DNA of 63,420 nt, the filler included, from Octopus bimaculoides (Eukaryota): the NCBI RefSeq assembly GCF_001194135.2. It is 6 parts of 5 records of this genome, joined end to end, with 100 filler letters (N's around TTAATTAATTAA, not from the genome) between each part and the next. Parts side by side here need not be neighbours in the genome. Positions count along the whole stretch, not along the records: positions 53,943 to 63,420 come from NC_068999.1; 5 more parts are not named here. The stretch is one strand, 5' to 3'. This document shows positions 53,960 to 63,420 of the stretch, in pieces (position 1 is the stretch's first letter; each line of letters opens with the position of its first letter). The notes beneath the pieces were generated by a model that saw only the letters and a program-made list of their open reading frames with translations, ran no database searches and was not told the origin of the DNA. Position numbers and translations under genes: made by a program.

Positions 53960-54083
53960 GTGGCAGCGGCGGTGGTGGTGGCGATGGTGAGTTGGAGGAG
54001 GAGAGGAGGAGGAGGAGGAGGAGGAGGAGGAGAAGAAGAAGAAGAAGAAGAAGAAGAAGAAGAAGAAGAAGAAGAAGAAGAAG

Positions 54084-54115
<32 letters not shown>

Positions 54116-54120
54116 CCACA
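53960..54120. repeat. (GGT/GGC)-(GGA)n-(GAA)n-(CAA)n compound microsatellite
   Basis: Read directly from sequence. Confidence 0.95.
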
Positions 54121-54908
54121 AGTTGGAGTGTTATTTTTGGATCAGATTGTTACTGTGAGCAGTGAGTTCCCTCCATTTAACTCCTCCACTGTTGAGGATT
54201 CAGTTAAGAAGATTAAAGGATTACAAATATTTCTTCTTATTACAGAATGATGGATTAAGTAGTTGGACCAGATTGATGGAGGATAATTACTGAAACTACA
54301 TAATGTAGAAAACTGAAAAAGTTATACACTAATACATTAATAATATATGAATAATTCATTAGTAATTTAATTAGTAAGATAATTAGTTATAGTGATAGTA
54401 TTACAGTAATAATATATCACTTGTTATTAGCAATATGTATGGAAAATCCAGAGTTATTTCAAAAGCTAAAAGATTTTTAGAAGTTTATAGAGAACCATGA
54501 AATGCATAATTTCTTTCGAAATTGTATTGTTTTGAAAGTGTTTGATTTTGGGGATGCAGTCTAGGAGAGAACATCTTTGAAAATTATATTTTTTATTATA
54601 TATGTGTTGCCTCTTCTTACTTGAGAGGTGTTATTTATATTCTTATATCCTTATGTCACAAGGTGAACTGTATGTAGAAAGGGCTACAAAGAGTTGTCCC
54701 TGACAAAATATTGATTCACCTCTGTTTACCTTTCCTTTACGAATACTTTATCAAAATTACTGAAAATATGTTAGGTGAACAATGTATATAGCAATTGCTT
54801 TAAACAATCTTAACTATGGAATGAAATAAAAAATATTATCAATTATTTTGCAATGATATTGTTACTTTAACAATGCTTTAATAAATCATAATATATTCTA
54901 CTGAATTT

Positions 54909-55119
54909 AGGCAGCAAGCTGGAAAAATTGTTAGCACACCAGCCAAACTGCTTAGTGGCATTTCATATGGCTTAATGTTCTGAGTTCAAATTTTGCCGAG
55001 GTCAATTTTGTCTTTCATTCTTTTGGTGGTCGATAAAATAAGTACCAGTTAAACACCAGCATTGATGTAATTGACTAGCCCCTCCCCAAAATTGCTGGCC
55101 TTGGGCAAAATTTAAAATC
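54909..55119 (+). mobile_element. SINE group B, CpG-eroded
   Basis: ttctgagttcaaattttgccgaggtcaattttgtctttcattc..gataaaataagtaccagtt..cccctccccaaaattgctggccttg. Confidence 0.88.
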
Positions 55120-55133
55120 AGCATGCTCTACTA

Positions 55134-55422
55134 CAGTGTTACTCAAAGTGGTGGTCTGTGGACCAGTGCTGGTCTGCAAGCCATCAGCTGCCGGTACCTG
55201 GTGAGTTTCCAGAGAAGAAAGAAACATTATAAAATGCTTATGTAATACTGTATTATTTGTTTACAAAATAAATATAAGATAAAAAAATTTGTCAACTTTT
55301 ATTATATTCATTATATATATTGTTTCTGGTATAAATTAATATTACTAAGAAATACTACTGGTCCCTGGCACATTGGAAAAAAAACTGCCAGTATGCCACA
55401 TCAGATAGTTTGAGAAGCACTA
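55134..55422. mobile_element. hAT (Charlie-like) MITE with perfect 8-bp TSD
   Basis: TIR cagtgttactcaaa / tttgagaagcacta; TSD ctctacta at 55126-33 and 55423-30. Confidence 0.9.
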
Positions 55423-55459
55423 CTCTACTACATCCTTATCTCTACATCAGAACAAAGTT

Positions 55460-55597
55460 TTGCAAAAAAAAAAGACCAATAGAATAAGTACCAAGCTCTA
55501 AAAAATATAAAACTGAGGGTCGGTTTGTTCAACTAAAACTCTTCATGGTGGTGCCCCAGCATGGCCGCAGTCAAATGACTGAAACAAGTAAAAGATA
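55460..55597 (+). mobile_element. SINE group A 3' part
   Basis: gaccaatagaataagtacc..ggtggtgccccagcatggccgcagtcaaatgactgaaacaagtaaaaga. Confidence 0.9.
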
Positions 55598-57450
55598 ATA
55601 GATGCTGGCTTGGCACTTCCAGTATTATCAAATGTATAATGGTTAACAAATGGATAAATTTTTTATTTTTGATATTCATCACTAGACCTGCCATATTTCC
55701 ACAAATATTGAAGGATGAAAATCGCTTATTTTCACTTTATTTATCGGGACCAAGGAAAATGTGACTCCATTTACAATCTTCAAAACAATAGAGAAATCCA
55801 ATAAAAATCTATGATGTGGACATTTTCTTACTTATTGATTTTCATTCTCCCTTAAATCTAAAAATGATATTAGGATTCCATGGATGCTTTTTGTCGGGGT
55901 GATGAGGACCACCTATTCATCCTACAGAAAACTGATTACCTGCACAGTGACTTTATTTAAAGTAAAGCAGAATTGCATACCATTAACCTTACTCTCTTGT
56001 CTTTGACCATCTTCAATCAAGTAGCAAGATTGAATATCTTCTTGCCTCACCTTGCTCTTTGTACTCCACAATGTGTTACTGTAGCAACCGACTTCTCCAT
56101 TGGATGATGAAGGTTTCTTCTGCAGAGTTCATTGGATCCGGTCTTCATATGCTCAGGTAGAAAGGCTCTAATTCACCAGTAGTTACATACCCATCATCTA
56201 TCTTTACTAGTGTGGTTGTTGTTGCATGCAAACAGCTACCTGGACCCACAGGTTTATATACTCTTTTACATGTAGTCTGTATTGACAGTTCTACTATGAA
56301 AACAACTAGCTGATGCTAGATGAATATTTTTAAAGATTCTCTCTCGTTCCTCATGAATTTCTTGCCATTTCTAGCTCTTGTAGAGCTAATTTGCTTTTCT
56401 TGCTCATTACTTTTTTCTCTTTGTTTTTATGCTGCTTTTTGCATTTGTATCAATCATTGTTAGTTGCTGTTTAAATACATTTTATTCTGCATGATATGTT
56501 ACAAATCTTCTACTTCTATCTGCTTCCAAGTTGTCAAGCAGCTCAAGAAAAACAATGTAAGATTGGTCTATGTATATTTCTGATCTCAATAACTCTGCAC
56601 TGCTCTCCAAAATATCAATTTTTCCTTTTTCCTTAATACACAGTACAATATGCACATGGCAATAAAAGCACACATAGATTACAATAACAATATATACAAC
56701 AAGAGCAAAACACACTAGAATAACAACGCACACTAAGACAGTAGCACATGCAATAACAACAAACACATGTATCATATATTGATCTTGGTTGATTCTGATA
56801 ATTTTCTGCTTTATATAGTTTCCCTTTATTTAAACCATTTTCATAATTATCGGAATCAAATTTGCATATCTTGTAATAAAGGTTACATGGTTTCTTTTTT
56901 AATATCTTATCTCCTTGTTGGAACTATCATTTTGATTTGTGTAGCAAGTCATTTTGCTTTCCTCACTTGTTTCTGTCTTTTTGTATATTTTTTTGTCATT
57001 GTTATAACTGAAAAGCAGAACAAACAGAATGACAGACATATGTGTTTTATAAATGATATATAGCAATATACACTTTATCATACTAAATATGAACATGTTT
57101 GAGATGAGTGAGATGTGTGCAAATACAAAAAAATAAGTTATAAGGCAAACAGCAAAGTCTTGAGCTAACTAGAATGAATTAATACTTCAGAAAACTATAA
57201 TATAATAGCAGAGATAAATGACAATGAATGTATAAAAAGGAAAGTTATGACTGCGGTTGAAATAGTTTGCATGTGCTGGAAAAAAATTATGGTTTTCTTT
57301 TCGTGGTATCAAGAATAGTGCATATCATGTGTATTTGTCTTTGTGTGTGTTTGTGTGTTTTATTACAAAATGTAAAACAAAGAACTGAACAGATATTTAT
57401 CTTTTATATAATATATATATGCAATATTACAAAAAATTTGGATGTAACTA

Positions 57451-57519
<69 letters not shown>

Positions 57520-57734
57520 GTGAGTGTTGGCATGTGATAAAAAACTTTAAACAATAGAGAACTCAATACAAACAATACCATGTCCAAGAATTTTATTTAG
57601 AATGAATGGATTAACAATTCATTTCATTACAACAGTCAGTTTCACTATCTTTTCCGTTCATCAGGTGATGATATAAATCCACCGTTAATCAATGAATTTT
57701 GAAATAATAAAAGAGAAAGAAGTTCATTTTAAAT

Positions 57735-58082
57735 CAGTGATTTTCACCCAGGGTCAATATGACCTGGGGTGGGGGGAGGTCCGTGTTAGACTTTTGGGGG
57801 TCCATGCATGCAAAATAATAAATTGGTGATCCCTAACAGTATTTTAAGTGTCCATGAAAAGATGTGACTTAGAATGTATTTATTGCAAGAAACAGTTCAG
57901 TTTCTTTCTCTAATGTTTGACATGGTTCAACCTATTCAAGTTAATGCGTGAAAAACAAAATAGTAATTTTGAAAGAAGTTTCTGTAAAACTAGTTATTAA
58001 AATCAAATGGATGGGTAGGGGCACCAGAAGGGAATAGTAATCAAAGGGGTCCATAGGTAAAAAAAATTGTTAAGAAATACTG
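57735..58082. mobile_element. hAT-like MITE, older
   Basis: cagtgattttcacc / gttaagaaatactg ends; flanks ttttaaat / cttaaaat (6 of 8 identical). Confidence 0.65.
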
Positions 58083-58213
58083 CTTAAAATATTTCTTGAA
58101 TTATCCACAACACATTTATAAGGAAATCTAAGATCACAACTTATGATCTGGGAGTTAGTACCACACTTTCACTAATGCTAATTGTTTTAGGTGATTTTGT
58201 AGTCATAAGAAGT

Positions 58214-58534
58214 GAAGAGGTGTGGTTTAGTGGTAAGAGTATTCGACTTATGATCATAAGGTCATGAGTTCAATTCACAGTGACATGTTGTGTCCTTGAG
58301 TAAGACGCTTTATTCCATGTTGCTCCAGTCCACTCAGCTGACAAAAATGAGTAGTACCTGTATCTCAGAAGGCCAACTTGTTACACTCTGTGTCATACTG
58401 AATCTCCCTGAAAGCTACATTAAGGGTACATGAGTTCATGGAGCGCTCAACCACTAGCATGTTAATTTCATGAACAAGCTGTTCCATTGATCAGATCAAC
58501 TGGAATCCTCATCACTGTAATCGATGGAGCACCA
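58214..58534 (+). mobile_element. SINE group C, full length, CpG-eroded
   Basis: Collinear with the reverse complement of 33606-33935. Confidence 0.9.
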
Positions 58535-58579
58535 GTTAGTTTGTCATAAACAAACATAGATGCCTTCTTGGTCCTCCCT

Positions 58580-58735
58580 TTCTTGACACAGTGGAACATT
58601 GAGCATGTGAAAGCTGGAGGAGAAAGGGGGATGCACCAGCAGTTGGCTGGTACCCATTTCTGCTGTGTAGACTGGAGCAATATGAAATGTGCCTTGCTCT
58701 ACACATCTAGACTGGAACTGAATCCACAACATTAT
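58580..58735 (-). mobile_element. SINE fragment related to group C
   Basis: ggtacccattt..gactggagcaatatgaaatgtgccttgctc. Confidence 0.55.
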
Positions 58736-58809
58736 AGGGTGAACCCAACACTCTTACTACTAATTTCTATGTGTATATATGGCTTATATGTCTGCATATG
58801 ATGTATGTA

Positions 58810-58853
<44 letters not shown>

Positions 58854-59014
58854 CACACATCTTTGCACATACACACATGTCATATGTTGCCATAATTTTC
58901 CCACCATCCTTTTGTCACAAATATCTGAAATACATGATCCATAAAAAAATAAATCCATAATTAATATAAGAACACAAAATGAAGTTTTAAATCCTGCTAA
59001 AGTATTGGATATCG

Positions 59015-59254
59015 TCTTTATCTTTTAACTTTTACTTGTTTCAGTTATTATACTGCAGCCATGCTGGAGCACCGCCTAGAGGAATTTTAATCTAATGAAT
59101 CAACCCCAGTACTTATTTTCTTTAAGCTTGATACTCATTCAATCAGTCTCTTTTGCTGAACCACTAAGATACAAGGACATAAACACACCAACATTGGTTG
59201 TCAAGTGGTGGTGGTGGTGGAGAACAAACACAGACACAAAGATGTACAAACATA
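59015..59254 (-). mobile_element. SINE group A 3' half, CpG-eroded
   Basis: ttttacttgtttcag..gccatgctggagcaccgcc..ttggttgtcaag..aaacacagacacaaa. Confidence 0.88.
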
Positions 59255-59256
59255 TA

Positions 59257-60129
59257 TGAGTTGCATTTAAAAAATATCCAACATTTTGGACATAAAAAAA
59301 AACAATTTTGTACATTTCACCAATTTTGCTCAATCACCTTCAAAATACTCCTCTTGGGAGTTCACACATTTCTCCCAATGGTTCTACCACTGCTGGTAAC
59401 ACCTTTGAAATACTATGGGGCTCCACTGTCACTTTTCTCAAAATTTCCTTTTGCAACTAATATCACTTCTTTTTCAGTGTGGTTTTGAGTTTGGGGAAAA
59501 GCCAAAAGTCACAAGGTGTCAAGTCAGGAGAGTAGGGAGCCTGTCGAACAAGTGGTGTGTTGTTCTTGACCAGAAAAGCTTGGATTAGAAGGTGTGTTCA
59601 GAAATACCCAACTTAAATTTTTTTCACCAAAACTCTCCACTTGTACAAATTCTGTGTTAAAACGCCCTGATTCAGTCCTTATTGCCACTTTGTGAGTAAT
59701 TTCCTGGATTGTTGCACAACAATTTTCCATGACTATTTACCGAACCATGTCAATAAGCTCCTTGTTTTGGCATGTTGATGGCCAGCTTGAGCATGGTACT
59801 TCACAAAGGTACAGCCATGTTTGAAGTGGTTGCACCACTCTTTGATCTTAGTTTTCTTCCATGCTGCCTTTGCCAAAGGAACTGCTGAGTCTTCTGGATG
59901 GTTTGAACTTGAGTATCACCAAGCTTTTGGCAAAACTTGATGCAATTCCTCTGCTTGATGCGTTTAGTCATCTTGCATGAAAACAATAATTCAACAGTCA
60001 GGAACTGATGTAGCCTACTAGTGGTATGCGCAGGAAAGGTGTTGTCACTTCCCACCCAAAGGATTTTACCCACATAGCATTAGTATTTACAGGGAAAAAT
60101 AATGGTAGATACTTTTTGAATGCACCTTG
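59257..60129 (-). mobile_element. mariner-family transposon, internally deleted
   Basis: N-terminal KQRNCIKFCQKLG, C-terminal PYSPDLTPCDFWLFPKLK..QQW*NHWEKCVNSQEEYFEGD; degenerate TIRs tgagttgcatttaaaaaatatcc / gatactttttgaatgcaccttg, each flanked by TA. Confidence 0.88.
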
Positions 60130-60137
60130 TATATATA

Positions 60138-60575
60138 TCTTTTATCTTTTACTCATTCCAGTCAATTGACTGTGGCCATGCTGGGGGAACCACTTTGAAG
60201 GGTTTTAGTCAAACAAATTGACCACAGAACTTATTTTCTAAAGGCCAGTACTTATTTTATTATTTTATTTTGCTGAACCACTAAGTTATGGGGATGTAAA
60301 CACATCAACACTGGTTGTCAAGTGGTTATGGAGGACAAACACAGACACAAAGACATATACATACATATATTGCGGGCTGTGATTACACATATACACGCAC
60401 ACACATATATATGTATATGAGAGGCTTCTTTCAGTTTCCGTCTACCAAATTCATGCACTAGACTTTGGCTGGCCTAAGGCTATAATAATAATACTTGCCC
60501 AATGTGCCACTACATGGCACTAAACCCGGAATCATGTGGTTGGGAAGCAAGCCTCTTACCACACAGCCACACCTG
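60138..60575 (-). mobile_element. SINE group A, full length, CpG-eroded
   Basis: Collinear with 8923-9332, with CpG changed to TpG/CpA. Confidence 0.92.
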
Positions 60576-60982
60576 TGCCTATATTCATATAGCCATGTCT
60601 GCACACACACACACACACACACTCATACCTCGGTACTATGGACCTCCCTTTAATGAATTTTAAAAGCAGCAGACAAAATCACGGCATATCAACAACACTT
60701 CTTCACCATCCATGGTAAATCTGATCTTAAATTAAAAATGTTGAATTTACTGTTTCATAGTGTATATTTAGAGTACACAGGTATTTTACACTGTCAGATT
60801 AGACAGTGTGCTTGATTAAAAGTACAGTACTGTATTTATTCCTCTGTCTTTCGTAATGTAATTGTTGATATTAGCCACTCCTAACATTACCTAACCTTGG
60901 TGTTGGTACCTACAGACAACCAGCTTCATCAGACCAATGCTCCCCACTTTTAATCTGTAGTACCAAGGTATGAGTGTATATA

Positions 60983-61842
60983 CAGGGTGGGTGAAAAGTA
61001 GGTAGGCATTAAAAATTGATAATAAAATCCATATTCCTTTTACAAATTTATTGAAACAAATGATACATGTTCTTTATTACATGGGAAAATGAAAGTAAAT
61101 CTTCATATTTCAACGTAAGCACCAGTGGCACCAACCAGTTTTCTCAAATGGCCAGGGACGGAATGAGCAACCTTCTGAAGGATGTCGTCTGGGATATCAT
61201 TGAGAACCTCCTGAATCTGTGTCTACAAGTCCTTCAGCATGCGAGGTTTTGTCTTTTGTGTAACCCCACACTTTTGTGTAACCCCACAGGTAAAGGTCAC
61301 ATGGAGTAAGATCTGGACTTCTGCTGTCACAGTCTTCAGCTTTTAACTCCTGCATGTAATGGGGTTTCCATGGACGAAAATTCAATTCTTTATGCAACAC
61401 CATATGTAGTGTGTGTCTTGTTAGTCCACTTTCACAAGCTGCTTGACATGTTCAATATTGCGGGCTGTGGTTAGACATTTCCTGCACTGTTGTCACGTTC
61501 TTGGGATGTGGTTGGACAGCCACTACTTCTGTCCATTCACAGAGCCCATGGTCATTAGCTTGCATGACAACATTTTATTGTCTCTGGACATAGTGTTGCA
61601 TGCCACCATCTCTGAACCAAAATAATGGAACTCCACATTTTATAGTGTGCTGCTATCTTAGCTCACTCCTGAACAGTCAAGCAACCGGACATCTGGAAAA
61701 TAAGAAATAAAAAATAAAGCAATAAGAAAATAAAAAATCCCTGTTAGTGTTGTCTGTTTAAAAAATGCTTTTGTCATGACTTCAGTGATACTAAAAATTC
61801 GATAAGCAATTTCTAATACCTAGTTATTTTCCACTCACCTTA
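60983..61842 (-). mobile_element. Tc1/mariner superfamily relic, internally deleted
   Basis: LHKELNFRPWKPHYMQELKAEDC..RSPDLTPCDLYLWGY..KPRMLKDL..IPDDILQKV; left TIR TA-cagggtgggtgaaaagtagg, degenerate right TIR at about 61817-42. Confidence 0.8.
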
Positions 61843-61849
61843 TGTATAT

Positions 61850-61982
61850 GACAGTTTTCTTTCAGTTTCTGTCCACCAAATCCATTCACAAGGCTTTGGT
61901 TTCCCAAGGTGCCACACAATGGGACGGAACCCAGAACCATGTGGTTGGGAGTCAAACTTCTTACCACACATCCACACCTCCA
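61850..61982 (-). mobile_element. SINE group A 5' part
   Basis: tttcagtttctgtccaccaaatccattcacaagg..cccaaggtgccac..ccatgtggttggg. Confidence 0.85.
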
Positions 61983-62419
61983 CCTATGTGGTATATTTTA
62001 TCCAAAACATTAAAAACTTTATCTTCAACCAAAATTCTGTTATAATTTCAAAATATTTTATAATAATAATTTAATTGTAATATAACATATATATGATGTA
62101 ATTAATAATATAAATAATATAAATATAATGTAATATAACATACTGTAATATATATATGATCCTAATGCCTCAGTCAGTTATTGTTGACCATACATCTGCA
62201 CATGTATGCACACGCCTTAGTAAGAATTTTTGAAAAAGACTAATTGTTGCCGATATGTACAAGTCTCCCCATTCCATACCATTGGTATTTACCCCAGGGA
62301 AAGGTCACTAACTTGGGACCAATACCATTGCAGGTGTTGCTATATGAATTTAAAGAGCCAAAACAAACAGCAAGTTATCTTGTCTAATCTTCTGATAGAT
62401 CCACCAATCCATCACTTCA

Positions 62420-62495
62420 GATTGGTATATATTATTAACCTTGAAAGTATGAAAGGCAGAGTTAACCTTGGCAGAATTTGAACTCAGAACACTGA
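62420..62495 (-). mobile_element. SINE group B fragment
   Basis: accttgaaagtatgaaaggcagagttaaccttggcagaatttgaactcagaac. Confidence 0.8.
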
Positions 62496-63049
62496 GTCAG
62501 AACAACTGCCGAAGCACTACACCCAGCCTATTGTTTATTTTATACCCTTATGTCACTCTTCTCTTCTTCTGTCCACTGTACATATCCTGTACCTTATCTC
62601 TCTTTCATCTCTTCTACTCTCTGTACCATTCCACCCTTAATTGAAAGGAAAATACTCAATCCTTGCATATTAGATACCTCCTACCTCTACCATCCACGTT
62701 TTGCTATTCCTTCTTGTATCTTTCTTACCATGTTTCTCAATATGTTATCCATAGTCTGTTACCCACTCTGTTTGTATTTTGTAAACATGTTTATTGAAAT
62801 TCCCTATCATCCTTTGTTTCTTTGTAATACCTGTGTGAAAGTGGCTAATAAAGAAAAGATTATTATTATTATTTATTTTTTATGAATTGTGTAACTCTTG
62901 CTTTCATTTGCATAGAAGAACACACACACACACACACTATAGACAGTTCTCTACAAAATAAGAATTGATAAGTAAATATGACAGTTGTTGGTTTTGAAAA
63001 GCAATATATTTCACATCTTAGACTAGGTCAAGTGATGTTACTAACCTGT

Positions 63050-63420
63050 CCTATACCACCGTCACTAACACCAACTACACCACCACCAACAACAACAACA
63101 ACATTAACATTACAACCACCAATACCATCACCATCACCATTACCACTACAACCATCAACAACATAAATTCTACCACCACAATCCTCACCACTACTACAAT
63201 GATCATCATCAACATTGCCACCGCCACCACAAATAACATTACAGTCACTGCAATCACCACTGCCAACAACAACATGACCACTACAGTCAGACCACCACCA
63301 TCACGATCAATACCATCACTATTATTACTGTGACCATCACTGGACCACATACATATTAGATTCATACTATTGTGACTTCTTCACTAACCACCACCACCAC
63401 CACCACCACCACCACCACCA
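63050..63420. repeat. Degenerate (ACC)/(AAC)/(ATC) trinucleotide array
   Basis: Read directly from sequence. Confidence 0.9.

Noticed and set aside
53960-54250. ORF with G/E/Q homopolymer tracts
   Set aside because: Pure compound microsatellite adjacent to an assembly join.
55985-56640. Coding-like minus-strand stretch (..ERERIFKNIHL..ELCRRNLHHPMEKSVAT..), possibly an integrase zinc-binding region
   Set aside because: Many stops in all frames and no motif I can assign confidently; needs TBLASTX/HMM.
57635-57672. Other CTGATGA..GAAA occurrences (minus strand at about 57660, 47885, 34965)
   Set aside because: No stem II between the core motifs, so they cannot fold as hammerheads.

Overview
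AT-rich, gap-ridden animal (non-prokaryotic) genomic DNA made up almost entirely of microsatellites and decayed transposable elements. The SINE repertoire and microsatellite load point to a coleoid cephalopod, probably Octopus; this is inference from recalled repeat families, not a search. Five identical 100-bp spacers (44 N + TTAATTAATTAA + 44 N) show the window is six joined scaffold pieces. I found no intact host protein-coding gene, rRNA, tRNA gene or CRISPR array, and nearly all listed ORFs are microsatellite or N-run artefacts. Recognisable content: a CR1-type LINE 3' end, an RTE LINE fragment, two Penelope-like element fragments, a Gypsy gag fragment, three Tc1/mariner relics, pogo/Tigger- and hAT-type MITEs, a Helentron-type non-autonomous element, over 30 SINE copies in three groups (A, B, C), and a 51-bp CpG-rich minisatellite. 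Highlights: (1) two hammerhead-ribozyme motifs, one stand-alone with a perfect 17-bp stem II and GUC site, one in the 3' region of a Penelope-like element; (2) the CR1 LINE shares its 3' tail and a conserved stem-loop with the dominant SINE, suggesting a LINE-SINE partnership; (3) a CpG-eroded final segment that suggests a methylated gene body.
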